A stretch of DNA of 64,000 bases from an uncultured Clostridia bacterium. Lineage in GTDB: Bacteria > Bacillota > Clostridia > TANB77 > CAG-508. The stretch's first letter is position 1. Each line of letters opens with the position of its first letter. Positions 16,476-28,374 of the stretch are shown piece after piece. The stretch spans positions 6,142 through 70,141 of the forward strand of contig CAKPCL010000007.1 in assembly GCA_934141605.1 (NCBI GenBank), read 5' to 3'. The notes beneath the pieces were generated by a model. The model had not been told where the DNA came from, made no database searches, and was given only the letters and a program-made list of their open reading frames with translations. The translations under genes were made by a program, and so were the position numbers.

Positions 16476-17909
16476 TTAAATTTTTACTACTCCACCAATT
16501 ATTTTGCTTTCTACACTGTTGTCTAACATTTTTGATCCACTAGATAACACAACTGTATCTCCTTTTTCTAGTATTTCTTTGTCTTGTAATTTTTTAAGTC
16601 CTACTTCTATTGTTTTGTCAATAGTTTCTTGTTTTTCTACTAATACTGGTGTTACATTCCAAGCTAATGCTAATTGGTTAAATGTTCTTCTATTGTCTGT
16701 TATAGCTAATATTGGGCAACCAGCTCCCATTCCAGCTAATCTTCTAGCTGAATTTCCTGAATTTGTGTAGCATACAATTGCATCTGCTTTTATGTTTTTA
16801 GCAATTACACATGCTGAATATGAAATATTTGATTCTAAATCATTTAATTCAATTTTTTCGTTTTGGTCAAATCTTTTCCAGTAATTTATTGTTGGTTCAA
16901 CTCTGTTTGCTATTTTAACCATTGTTTGAACACATTCTACTGGATAGTCACCTTGTGCACATTCTCCTGATAACATTATTGCACTTGTTCTATCATAAAT
17001 AGCGTTTGCAACATCACTTGCTTCTGCTCTTGTTGGTAATGGTTGGTGTGTCATTGATTCTAACATTTGTGTAGCTGTTATAGCTGGTTTACAAATTTCG
17101 TTAGATATTTTTATTATTTTCTTTTGTATTACAGGTGGTTCTGTAAAGTCTGTTTCTGTAGCCATGTCTCCTCTTGCTATCATTTGTCCATCTGCTTCGC
17201 TTAATATATCTTCTAAGTTTGATAAACCTTCAACATTTTCTATTTTTGTTATTATTTGGATATCTTTTCCACCATTTTCATCTAATACTTTTCTTACTTG
17301 TCTTATATCATCTAAGTTTCTTGCAAATGAAATTGCAACAAAGTCATAATCATGTTCACATGCTGTTTTTAAGTCAGCTATATCTTTTTCTGCTAAACCT
17401 GGTAATCTTATTATTGTTCCAGGTAAGTTCATTGTTTTTCTGCTTCCTAATCCATTTCCATGAACTACTGTACAAACTATGTCTTTTCCTACAACTTCGT
17501 CAACTTTTAATTCAATAGCTCCGTCGTCTATTAATATTTTTGTTCCTGGTTTAACATCATTGTATAATCCTTTATATGTTACAGATACTTTTTCTTCGTC
17601 TCCTGTGATGTCTTCATTTACTAATGTAAATTTTTGTCCATCTTTTAATTGAATTTTTGTATTTTTTCCAGTATATAGCATTCCTGTTCTTATTTCAGGT
17701 CCTTTCATGTCTAATAGTAATGCTACTGGTATGTCTAATTCTTTTCTTAATTTACAGATTGTTTCTGTTTTTTCTGCTTGTTCGTCCCAACTTCCGTGTG
17801 AATAGTTAACTCTTGTTACATTTAATCCTGCAGCAAATAGTTCTTCTAATTTGTTTTCGCTTGCTGGTCCTATTGTTCCAACTATTTTTGTTTTTCTTAA
17901 TTGTTTCAT
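16476..17909 (-). CDS. pyk: pyruvate kinase
   Basis: MKQLRKTKIVGTIGPAS..., MIARGDMA and related motifs. GGGAGG Shine-Dalgarno. Confidence 0.95.
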   Translation of the reverse strand: MKQLRKTKIVGTIGPASENKLEELFAAGLNVTRVNYSHGSWDEQAEKTETICKLRKELDIPVALLLDMKGPEIRTGMLYTGKNTKIQLKDGQKFTLVNEDITGDEEKVSVTYKGLYNDVKPGTKILIDDGAIELKVDEVVGKDIVCTVVHGNGLGSRKTMNLPGTIIRLPGLAEKDIADLKTACEHDYDFVAISFARNLDDIRQVRKVLDENGGKDIQIITKIENVEGLSNLEDILSEADGQMIARGDMATETDFTEPPVIQKKIIKISNEICKPAITATQMLESMTHQPLPTRAEASDVANAIYDRTSAIMLSGECAQGDYPVECVQTMVKIANRVEPTINYWKRFDQNEKIELNDLESNISYSACVIAKNIKADAIVCYTNSGNSARRLAGMGAGCPILAITDNRRTFNQLALAWNVTPVLVEKQETIDKTIEVGLKKLQDKEILEKGDTVVLSSGSKMLDNSVESKIIGGVVKI

Positions 17910-18018
17910 TTTTATTCCTCCCTTTTTAAACCGATTTCTATTATAGCACAATTAATTACTATATTTCAACATTTTTTTGAAATTTTTTTAGGATTATTAG
18001 GTCATCACATTAAATTTT

Positions 18019-18741
18019 TTATTTTAAAATTATGATTGCATGTACTTTATTTTCTTCTTTATTAATAATAGAAATAATATGTTCTCCATCTTTAAAAGTA
18101 TATCTACATTTTACAACATCACCTAATTTTACTTCTTTTTTATATTGTATTCTAAAATTATCAAAAGGTCTTTGTTCATATACTTTCTCTGGTAACACTT
18201 CATATGCTATGTCTAAATAATATAAATTGTGCATATGTCCATTTAAATCAATATCTCTCCTAGATACTTTGTATTCAATCTCGGAACTATATTCTTCAGG
18301 TGCTTTTAGTTTGTCCAATTCTTCTATATTAAATACATTTTTTTCTTCTATTGCATATTTTTCATAAATTTCTTCTGTTATTTTTGCAATTTTTCCTGTT
18401 TCAATGTCTATTAGTACCCATTTTGATGTTCCAATGACACACAGGTTATTTTCTTCGTCATACATTTCAAAGTCCCTGTATGTATATGTTCTTTTCATTG
18501 TTCTTCCCCATGTTGATACATTTAGTTTTTGTCCATATTTGGGTCTTTTTATAACTTGTATTTTCCAATCTAATAATACCCATGTAACTCCTGTTTTCCT
18601 TATATCATTTGGTCCATATCCTGCAATGTCAGAGTGGTGTGTTCCTATATTTTCAAATATTTCTAGTATTGCTCTATTTTTTATATAATTTTCTTTTCCT
18701 ATATCTTTCAATTGTGTTGTGAATTGTTCTTTAAATATCAT
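18019..18741 (-). CDS. acyl-ACP thioesterase
   Basis: 240 aa double hot-dog pattern (VTWVLLDWKIQV..., DIDLNGHMHNLYYLD). Confidence 0.7.
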   Translation of the reverse strand: MIFKEQFTTQLKDIGKENYIKNRAILEIFENIGTHHSDIAGYGPNDIRKTGVTWVLLDWKIQVIKRPKYGQKLNVSTWGRTMKRTYTYRDFEMYDEENNLCVIGTSKWVLIDIETGKIAKITEEIYEKYAIEEKNVFNIEELDKLKAPEEYSSEIEYKVSRRDIDLNGHMHNLYYLDIAYEVLPEKVYEQRPFDNFRIQYKKEVKLGDVVKCRYTFKDGEHIISIINKEENKVHAIIILK

Positions 18742-18754
18742 TTTTGTTTCCTTT

Positions 18755-20068
18755 CTAGTATCCCGGTTTTTTCAATAATTTAAACATGTTCTTTTTGTAT
18801 TCCTCTACACCTGGTTGATTAAAAGGATTAACTCCTAGTATCATTCCAGACATAGCACAAGCCTTTTCAAAGAAATATATTAGTTCACCTATATTTTCTT
18901 CATCTAGACTCTCAATACTCAACATTATGTTTGGAACATCTCCTGTGACATGTGCTTTTACTGTTCCTTCCATTGCTTTTTTATTTACATAGTCCAATGT
19001 TTTTCCTGCTAAATAATTCAAACCGTCCAGATTGTCTTCATCACTATTTATTGTTATATCTGATTTTGTTTTTTCTATTGATATAACTGTTTCAAATAAG
19101 TTTCTTCTTCCTTCTTGTATGTATTGTCCCATTGAGTGTAAATCAGTTGTAAAATCTACTCCTGCTGGGAATATTCCTTTTTGGTCTTTTCCTTCGCTTT
19201 CTCCATAAAGTTGTTTCCACCATTCTGTAAAATAGTGCATTTTAGGTTCATAGTTTACTAATATTTCTGTATTTTTATATAACTTGTATAAAACATTTCT
19301 TGCAACTGCATATTTATAACACTCATTATATTTTAAATTTGGATCATCATATCTTGCTTGTGCATTTTGTGCGCCTTGCATTAATTTATCTATGTTAATT
19401 CCTGCTGTTGCTATTGGTAGTAGTCCAACTGCTGTTAGTACTGAATATCTGCCTCCAACATTGTCTGGTATTACAAATTTTTCATATCCTTCATTGTCTG
19501 CAAGTGTTTTTAGTGCTCCTCTTTCTTTATCTGTTGTTACATATATTCTACTTCTTGCTTCATCAATTCCATATTTATTTTCTAGTATTTCTCTAAATAT
19601 TCTAAATGCAATTGCTGGTTCTGTTGTTGTTCCAGATTTTGATATTACATTTACAGAAAAGTCTTTGTCTCCTATGTATTCGATTAGTTCATTAATATAA
19701 TTGGGGCTTAAATTGTTTCCTACATATAAGATTTGTGGATATTTTCTTTGTTTTTCTGTAAGCATGTTGTTAAATGAACTTGTTAGTGTTTCTATTACTG
19801 CCCTTGCACCTAAATATGAGCCTCCTATTCCTATTACTACTAATATATCTGATTCTTTTTTTATTTTTTTTGCTACTTTTTTTATTTTTAAGAATTCACT
19901 TTTATCATAGTTTGTAGGTAATTCTAGCCACCCCACAAAGTCTTTTTCATCATTTGCTCTTTTGTGCAATTCTTTATGTATGTTTTCTACTTGTTCTTTA
20001 TATTCCATTATTGTTTTTTGTGATATTCCTGTGTTTTTTAAATCTAATTTAATAGTTGCCATACGCAT
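18755..20068 (-). CDS. pgi: glucose-6-phosphate isomerase
   Basis: Short Firmicute-type PGI ([25 protein letters not shown]). The start may be the third codon. Confidence 0.9.
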   Translation of the reverse strand: MRMATIKLDLKNTGISQKTIMEYKEQVENIHKELHKRANDEKDFVGWLELPTNYDKSEFLKIKKVAKKIKKESDILVVIGIGGSYLGARAVIETLTSSFNNMLTEKQRKYPQILYVGNNLSPNYINELIEYIGDKDFSVNVISKSGTTTEPAIAFRIFREILENKYGIDEARSRIYVTTDKERGALKTLADNEGYEKFVIPDNVGGRYSVLTAVGLLPIATAGINIDKLMQGAQNAQARYDDPNLKYNECYKYAVARNVLYKLYKNTEILVNYEPKMHYFTEWWKQLYGESEGKDQKGIFPAGVDFTTDLHSMGQYIQEGRRNLFETVISIEKTKSDITINSDEDNLDGLNYLAGKTLDYVNKKAMEGTVKAHVTGDVPNIMLSIESLDEENIGELIYFFEKACAMSGMILGVNPFNQPGVEEYKKNMFKLLKKPGY

Positions 20069-20242
20069 ACCTTCTTTCGTTATATAATTATCTTGTAGTA
20101 ATTATATATAAAACAAAAATTAAATTCAAGTTTTTTTATATTTTTGTAACCATTTTTTTCCTTTATCATAATATGTAATATACAAAGGAACAAGGGAAAA
20201 CACAAAAAGAAAATAGTTTTGCTTTGAAAGGGGGTCTAGACT

Positions 20243-20356
20243 ATGCCAGAAAACAGAGGTTGTGGTGGTTTCGGATTTGGTGATGACTGCTGCTGTATAA
20301 TTCTTTTAATATTAATAATCTGCTGCTGTTGCGGTGGAAATAGAGGATGTTGCTAA
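20243..20356 (+). CDS. 37-aa Cys/Gly-rich tiny transmembrane peptide
   Basis: Manual: MPENRGCGGFGFGDDCCCIILLILIICCCCGGNRGCC. AAGGGGG Shine-Dalgarno. Has its own terminator. Confidence 0.55.
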   Translation: MPENRGCGGFGFGDDCCCIILLILIICCCCGGNRGCC

Positions 20357-20378
20357 TCCTTTATAAGACATATTAAAA

Positions 20379-20416
20379 AGTTGGATTGGAAATTGTTTTC
20401 CGGTCCAACTTTTTTG
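20379..20416 (+). terminator. intrinsic terminator of the peptide gene
   Basis: AGTTGGATTGG-loop-CCGGTCCAACT followed by TTTTTT. The two G-U pairs form only in plus-strand RNA. Confidence 0.7.
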
Positions 20417-20421
20417 TTGTT

Positions 20422-22161
20422 TTATTTTTTCATATTGTCTCCATATCTTTTTATTTTTTGAGTTGTTGTTTTTTCAAACTCTTTATCTCTAACAGCAAAA
20501 GTCTTTATATGTTTGTAATTAGGTATTTTACCATTAACTCCAGCTACAACATCTGCCATAATTTTTTTTACTTCTTCTTTTGTAGGAACTGTTCCTTTTA
20601 AGTATTCTTTAATTGCGTCCATGTTAGGGAAAATCTGTGCATTGACATATGTTTCATCATCATTTTCTTTTTGAATTCCCATAACTAATGCTTCTGAAAT
20701 TAATGGGTTATCATTTAAATATGCTTCAATTTCTTCTGGATATATATTTTTTCCGTTTTTTGTTACTATAACACTCTTACATCTACCTGTAATATATAAA
20801 AATCCATTTTCATCTATTTTTCCTAAGTCTCCTGTGTGAAACCACCCGTCTTTTAAAACTTTTTCTGTTTCTTCTGGCATATTGTAATAACCAAGCATTA
20901 CATTTGGTCCTTTTACTATTATTTCTCCAACGCCTTCACTGTCTGGGTTATCTATTTTATATTCTACATTTGGTATTGGTAACCCTGCACTATCATTTCT
21001 TTTATAAAAATCAGTATTTCCCGCTACTAATGGTGCACATTCTGTTAAACCATATCCCTGCAATGAATTTAATCCCAATTTGTCAAATGTGTCTGCTATT
21101 TCTGGATTTACAGCTGCTGCACCTACAATAAACACTCTTAGCCTTCCACCTAATGAGTTTTTTACTTTTGTTTTTACTATTTGTTTTATGAAGAAAGGCA
21201 ATTTGTCTACTATATTTTCGTTTTCCTTTAATTTTTCTGTGTATTTTTTAGGTAATGTTTTTTGTATATTTTTCATTATCTTTTGGTACATTTTTTCTAG
21301 TAGCAATGGTACGCATAGTACTACTGATGGGTGATATTCTAGCATATTGTTTGTTATATATCTTAGTCCATCACAATAGCATATACTTGCTCCGCTGTAT
21401 AGTGGCAATAAAAATCCAATTGTGCACTCATATGTATGATGAATTGGCAATATAGAAAAGAATAAGTCACTTCTTTTTACTTTTACTATTCCATATATTG
21501 ATAAAATATTTGAGCAAATGTTTCTTTGTGATAGGCATACTCCTTTTGCGTTTCCTGTTGTTCCTGATGTAAATAATAGAATTTTCATTTCATCTGGATT
21601 AATTTCTATTTCGTCAAATTTTGTATTGCCTTTTTCTAATAGTTTTTTTCCTTTTTCCATTTGTGTTTCAAATGATATAACATTTTCTTGTGTTTTGTTG
21701 TCAAAATCAATGAAAATTGTATTTTTGTTTTCTAGTTTTTCTATATTTTCTAATATTGGTTTTAAGTTTTTGTTGTTTCCTAAAATACATTGTGTTTTTG
21801 ATACATTCATAAAGTTTATTACATCATCTGAATGTAGTTCTTTATCAATTGGAACTACAATTCCTACTATTGATGCTGCTAAATATGATATTGCCCATTT
21901 ATATGAATTTTTTCCTATTACTGCAATTTTTTTGTTTAGAAGTCCACTTTCTATTAAGCTAGTTCCTAATGTTGCAACATCTTGTCTTAATTCTTCGTAT
22001 GTTTTATTATATATGTTCCCTTCTTCGTCTTTTAGTTTAAATGCTGTTCTTGTTTTAAATATTGTTGCTGACCTATCTAACATTTGTTTAAAATTTGTTA
22101 TTTCTTCACATTTATGGTATTTTTGTTTTAATTCATCTGCTATTTTCAATTTTTCTTTCAT
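20422..22161 (-). CDS. long-chain fatty acid-CoA ligase (AMP-binding family)
   Basis: LLFTSGTTGNAKGV AMP-binding motif; 579 aa. Confidence 0.8.
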   Translation of the reverse strand: MKEKLKIADELKQKYHKCEEITNFKQMLDRSATIFKTRTAFKLKDEEGNIYNKTYEELRQDVATLGTSLIESGLLNKKIAVIGKNSYKWAISYLAASIVGIVVPIDKELHSDDVINFMNVSKTQCILGNNKNLKPILENIEKLENKNTIFIDFDNKTQENVISFETQMEKGKKLLEKGNTKFDEIEINPDEMKILLFTSGTTGNAKGVCLSQRNICSNILSIYGIVKVKRSDLFFSILPIHHTYECTIGFLLPLYSGASICYCDGLRYITNNMLEYHPSVVLCVPLLLEKMYQKIMKNIQKTLPKKYTEKLKENENIVDKLPFFIKQIVKTKVKNSLGGRLRVFIVGAAAVNPEIADTFDKLGLNSLQGYGLTECAPLVAGNTDFYKRNDSAGLPIPNVEYKIDNPDSEGVGEIIVKGPNVMLGYYNMPEETEKVLKDGWFHTGDLGKIDENGFLYITGRCKSVIVTKNGKNIYPEEIEAYLNDNPLISEALVMGIQKENDDETYVNAQIFPNMDAIKEYLKGTVPTKEEVKKIMADVVAGVNGKIPNYKHIKTFAVRDKEFEKTTTQKIKRYGDNMKK

Positions 22162-22173
22162 TTTAAATCCTTC

Positions 22174-22980
22174 CTATTCATATCTATAAAAATTAAAATT
22201 TGTATTCTTGTTTAATATAATATTTCCATCATCTATTGTCTTTTCTTCGCTTTCATATGGTATGTCAAAATATATGCTTGTTCTAAACTTTTGATTTTTA
22301 TTGTTTTCTATTTCTATGTCAAATGATATTGATGCATCTATATTTTGTTTTGCAATTCCACATCTTTCTAACAATTTTCCATTATATGTTATTGGATTTT
22401 GTGTATCTGTCATGGTGTAATCTGTTATAATGTTTTGGTTTATATAGCTTAATGTTATTGGACTTGCACAGTTATTAAATAAAACTGGTTTGCTAAAGTC
22501 TATATTTTCTTCTGATGTTGTTTCAAATTCTAGTTCATTATTTATAACATTTTCTTCATTAATTTCACTTTTTGAAAAATTTTCTATTGATTTGTAATAT
22601 AAATTTGCTTTTCCCATTATTGGTTCTTTTATAAATTTTATATTTGATATTTTTACTTTTTTCAGTGTGTTTTCAGTTGTATTTTCTTCTGAATTATTAT
22701 TTATGAATATTGCTATGTCAGTATAGGCATATAAATTTTCTATTGTGAAGTTTGTTTTTGAACTTGTCTTGTTTTTTGAATCACAACTACTGAAAAATGT
22801 TATTTTGTTTATTGAAAATATTATTTTTTCATTTTTTTCTGCAAATGATATTGTGCTACTTTCAAAAGTTTTTTTGCGTAATAAGTTTTCGTATGTCTTT
22901 TTGCAAAGAAAAACTAATAGTGTTGCTAAAATAATTATTGTTATAATATAAATTGCTTTTTTTATAAATTTTTCTTTCAT
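22174..22980 (-). CDS. hypothetical membrane-anchored protein
   Basis: ORF track. N-terminal TM helix. No motif recognised. Confidence 0.5.
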   Translation of the reverse strand: MKEKFIKKAIYIITIIILATLLVFLCKKTYENLLRKKTFESSTISFAEKNEKIIFSINKITFFSSCDSKNKTSSKTNFTIENLYAYTDIAIFINNNSEENTTENTLKKVKISNIKFIKEPIMGKANLYYKSIENFSKSEINEENVINNELEFETTSEENIDFSKPVLFNNCASPITLSYINQNIITDYTMTDTQNPITYNGKLLERCGIAKQNIDASISFDIEIENNKNQKFRTSIYFDIPYESEEKTIDDGNIILNKNTNFNFYRYE

Positions 22981-23167
22981 TTTCTTTTGTTCCTCCCATA
23001 TATTTTATTATATAACCTTTATATAAATTACTTTTAATTTTTTTAAAAAGATTTAATAAAGTTTTATAAAAATCATAAAATATATGGAAATTTCTTTTTA
23101 TATAATAGTATATTTTCTAATTAAAATCAAGTTTTTTAATTTTTTTCAAAAAAAATTTTTAAAACTA

Positions 23168-23196
23168 TTGACATTTTGTGATAAATCTTGTATACT
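23168..23196 (+). promoter_or_regulatory. sigma-A promoter TTGACA-17-TATACT for the tRNA cluster
   Basis: -35 at 23168-23173; -10 at 23191-23196. Confidence 0.7.
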
Positions 23197-23216
23197 AGTC
23201 AATGTCGAAAGGACAT

Positions 23217-23292
23217 GGTCGTTTAGCTCAGCTGGGAGAGCATCTGCCTTACAAGCAGGGGGTCATAGGTTCGAGCCCTATAACGACCACCA
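23217..23292 (+). tRNA. tRNA-Val (anticodon TAC)
   Basis: Cloverleaf folded by hand. Anticodon loop CTTACAA. Encoded CCA. Confidence 0.9.
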
Positions 23293-23301
23293 TTCTTTTA
23301 C

Positions 23302-23378
23302 GGCCTGGTAGTTCAGTTGGTTAGAACGCTAGCCTGTCACGCTAGAGGTCGACGGTTCGAGCCCGTTCCAGGTCGCCA
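23302..23378 (+). tRNA. tRNA-Asp (anticodon GTC)
   Basis: Cloverleaf folded by hand. Anticodon loop CTGTCAC. Encoded CCA. Confidence 0.9.
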
Positions 23379-23395
23379 TTTTTTTATTTATTTTT

Positions 23396-23471
23396 GGCTC
23401 GATAGCTCAGTTGGTAGAGCAGGGGACTGAAAATCCCCGTGTCAGTGGTTCGATTCCACTTCGAGCCACCA
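23396..23471 (+). tRNA. tRNA-Phe (anticodon GAA)
   Basis: Cloverleaf folded by hand. Anticodon loop CTGAAAA. Encoded CCA. Confidence 0.9.
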
Positions 23472-23477
23472 ACAAAA

Positions 23478-23507
23478 AGAAGTAATTTTGAAATTACTTC
23501 TTTTTTA
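23478..23507 (+). terminator. terminator after tRNA cluster (bidirectional with dprA)
   Basis: AGAAGTAATTT/AAATTACTTCT hairpin followed by a T-run. Confidence 0.65.
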
Positions 23508-24414
23508 TTATTTCTTCATATGATGTAACTAATCTTGCCCCCTGTTTAATTAAATCATTAGTTCCAACAGAATTAATTGAATTGATATTACCCGGAACTA
23601 CATAAACATCTCTACCTTGTTCCAAAGCAAAATCTACAGTTATTAGTGTACCACTTTTTTCTTTTGCTTCAACAACAATAATTCCAGAACTAATGCCACT
23701 AATAATTCTATTTCTCGCAGGAAAATTCATTTTATCTGGTTTAGTCCCACACGAATATTCTGATATAATCGCTCCTCCACTTCTTATAATTTCATTTGCT
23801 AATTCTATATTTTCTTTAGGGTATACCATATCTAGTCCATTTCCCACAACAGCAATTGTTTTTCCACAAATATTATGATTTTTTAGTTCATTTATAGCTC
23901 CAATACTTCCCCAATGTGCATAACTATCCACACCTTTTGCTAATCCACTCACAATGTTTATATTTTCTTTTGATAGATTATAAGCAAAATATTTTGTAGC
24001 TTTTTTTCCATAATCTGTACACTCTCTACACCCTACTATTCCTATGCTTTTATTGTTTAATATCTCTTTATTTCCTTTTATGTACAAACTAATTGGAGCA
24101 TCATATATTTGCTTTAAGATTTGTGGATAACTCTCTTCATATATGTGTATAATATCAATATTATTTTCTTTTATGTATTTTATATGATAATCTATAACCC
24201 TTTCATTTTTAGATTCCATTATATTATGAATTATTTCTTCTCCTATTCCATTTATTTTTGCTAATTCTTTTCCTGTTAAATTATATATTTTTTCAGGTGT
24301 TTTATAAATTTCTAACAACCTCTTTTTTCTTATACACCCTAATTTTTTTATTAAGCTAAACCATATCCAATATCTTTTATTTTCTAGGTCTTTCAATAAC
24401 TTTTCTCCCTTCAT
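23494..24414 (-). CDS. dprA: DNA-processing protein DprA
   Basis: GLAKGVDSYAH and Rossmann-like DprA core. Confidence 0.85.
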   Translation of the reverse strand: MKGEKLLKDLENKRYWIWFSLIKKLGCIRKKRLLEIYKTPEKIYNLTGKELAKINGIGEEIIHNIMESKNERVIDYHIKYIKENNIDIIHIYEESYPQILKQIYDAPISLYIKGNKEILNNKSIGIVGCRECTDYGKKATKYFAYNLSKENINIVSGLAKGVDSYAHWGSIGAINELKNHNICGKTIAVVGNGLDMVYPKENIELANEIIRSGGAIISEYSCGTKPDKMNFPARNRIISGISSGIIVVEAKEKSGTLITVDFALEQGRDVYVVPGNINSINSVGTNDLIKQGARLVTSYEEIIKKK

Positions 24415-24480
24415 TTTATTTTTTATCTAATTTGTCTTAAAAAAGCAAAAAGAGACACAAATATTTTTGTGTCCCACTTA

Positions 24481-25338
24481 TTAATCTATAATACCATTTT
24501 GCCTTTTGGTAGCTTTAATAACATTGTTCATAAGCATAGCAATTGTCATCGGTCCTACTCCCCCTGGAACTGGTGTTATATAGCTTGCTTTTTCTTTTAC
24601 ATTTTCAAAATCAACATCACCTGTAATTTTGCCGTTTTCTAATCTATTTATTCCAACATCTATTACAACTGCGTTTTCTTTTACCATATCTGCTGTTACA
24701 AAATTTGCTTTTCCTATTGCAGATATTAATATATCTGCTTCTTTGGTCTTTTGTTCTATATTTTGTGTTTTAGAGTGACATGATGTTACAGTTGCATTTT
24801 TATTTAAACAACAATGTATTAATGGTTTTCCTACAATATTGCTTCTTCCTAATATTACCACATTTTTACCAGTTAAGTCAATATTATATTCTTCAAACAT
24901 TTTCATTATTCCATATGGTGTGCATGATACAAAAGTATCTTGATTTAAAACTAATTTACCAACATTTACTGGATTAAACCCGTCAACATCTTTTTCTGAT
25001 GATATTGTTCTAAAAGCTTCATTTATGTCTAAATTTGATGGTATTGGACTTTGTAATAGTATTCCATTTACCGTTTTATCTTTATTTAGTTTTTCAATTA
25101 ATTCAATTAATTCTTTTTGTGTTATATTTGAATCTAATAAATATTCCTCATATTCTATTCCAACATCTTCACATGCCCTACTTTTATTTCTAACATAAAC
25201 TTTTGATGCTGGGTCATCTCCTACCATTATTACTGCTAATTTTGAATTTATATTTTTTTGTTTTAATTCTTCACACTCTATTTTTAAATTTGCTCTTATT
25301 TTTTTCGCTAATTCTTTTCCATCTATTATTACGGCCAT
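24481..25338 (-). CDS. folD: bifunctional methylenetetrahydrofolate dehydrogenase/cyclohydrolase
   Basis: MAVIIDGKELAKK..., PGGVGPMT. ATG at 25338 after AAGGAG. Confidence 0.9.
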   Translation of the reverse strand: MAVIIDGKELAKKIRANLKIECEELKQKNINSKLAVIMVGDDPASKVYVRNKSRACEDVGIEYEEYLLDSNITQKELIELIEKLNKDKTVNGILLQSPIPSNLDINEAFRTISSEKDVDGFNPVNVGKLVLNQDTFVSCTPYGIMKMFEEYNIDLTGKNVVILGRSNIVGKPLIHCCLNKNATVTSCHSKTQNIEQKTKEADILISAIGKANFVTADMVKENAVVIDVGINRLENGKITGDVDFENVKEKASYITPVPGGVGPMTIAMLMNNVIKATKRQNGIID

Positions 25339-25402
25339 TATTTTAAAATCTCCTTTTACTTTTTTCACATTATATCACATTTTTTCTTTTTTGTCTTATT
25401 TT

Positions 25403-25651
25403 TTATTCATCTAATAGCCCAACTTTATATTCAATATCTTCCATATCTGGAAACATTTCCTTAACTCTTTTTAAAGTAAGCATAGACATTCTAGGCTGTG
25501 GATTTTTTTTATGTTCTGATAATAATTTTTGTGTATAACAATTAGGTGCTGTTTTAAATAATAAATATCTATTCCTTACATAAGTGTAGTATATTTGATA
25601 TCCATTGTTTAAATCTTCCCACATCATTTCAAAAGTATATTTTTCTTCCAT
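25403..25651 (-). CDS. hypothetical protein
   Basis: ORF track, 82 aa, AAAGGAG Shine-Dalgarno. Confidence 0.5.
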   Translation of the reverse strand: MEEKYTFEMMWEDLNNGYQIYYTYVRNRYLLFKTAPNCYTQKLLSEHKKNPQPRMSMLTLKRVKEMFPDMEDIEYKVGLLDE

Positions 25652-25668
25652 ATCAATTTCTCCTTTCT

Positions 25669-25743
25669 GTGTCCATGTCCAAATGGGACGGTTCTATTTG
25701 GACAAAATGTCCAATTAGAACCGTCCCGTTTGGACATGGACAG
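25669..25743. repeat. Interspersed two-module stem-loop repeat, copy A (modules inverted, forming a 25-bp hairpin)
   Basis: 25671-25695 pairs with 25717-25741, 24 of 25 bp. Both modules carry GGGACGGTTCT. Confidence 0.85.
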
Positions 25744-25747
25744 ACAA

Positions 25748-27841
<2,094 letters not shown>

Positions 27842-27857
27842 TTAGTTTTAAATTTTA

Positions 27858-28211
27858 TTATATATTTTTATAATCTTCCATTTTTTTGTATGCATATACT
27901 GCAGATATTCCAAATACTACTGCTATAACAACAATTGGCATTGAATCTGCTACACCTGTTTTTGGTAAAGATGTATTACTTGAATTGTTTGAAACATTTG
28001 TTGTAGTTGTGTTGTTTGTTGTTAATACTAAGTTAGTTGTTGTATTGTTTAAAGTTTTATTACTGCTATTTTCAACAGTATTGTTTGTTGTAAGTCCTGT
28101 TAAAGAATTTGGGTCTAAAGATGTTACTGCAAAAGAACCTTTTGCTGCAACTATTATTGCAAGACTTATCATTATAATTAAGACTATTTTTACTAATTTA
28201 GAATTTTTCAT
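27858..28211 (-). CDS. small LPXTG cell-wall-anchored protein, N/T-rich
   Basis: Signal peptide, LPKTG, hydrophobic helix, then a KK tail. ATG at 28211 after AAGGAGAG. Confidence 0.65.
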   Translation of the reverse strand: MKNSKLVKIVLIIMISLAIIVAAKGSFAVTSLDPNSLTGLTTNNTVENSSNKTLNNTTTNLVLTTNNTTTTNVSNNSSNTSLPKTGVADSMPIVVIAVVFGISAVYAYKKMEDYKNI

Positions 28212-28374
28212 TTTTTTCTCTCCTTTATATTTTATCATTATCTTATAAATAATAATTATACCTTTTCTTAAGTACAATTTTTAATCTAAATAAATTGTAT
28301 ACTTTATATTTAAATAAGTCAATATATTTTTCGTTTTTTTATTTTACATTTTTGTTACAAAAAAATTACATTTA

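Noticed and set aside
21518-22189. Long plus-strand ORFs antisense to well-supported minus-strand genes. Examples: 21518..22189, 28664..29380, 26628..27065, 25902..26348, 36058..36375.
   Set aside because: Their proteins are L/F/S/I-rich and low in complexity, as expected for mirror frames of AT-rich coding DNA. They have no Shine-Dalgarno, and the opposite strand encodes clearly recognisable proteins.
23084-23311. 75-aa plus-strand ORF.
   Set aside because: It runs through the promoter and tRNA-Val, so it is an artefact of the tRNA cluster.
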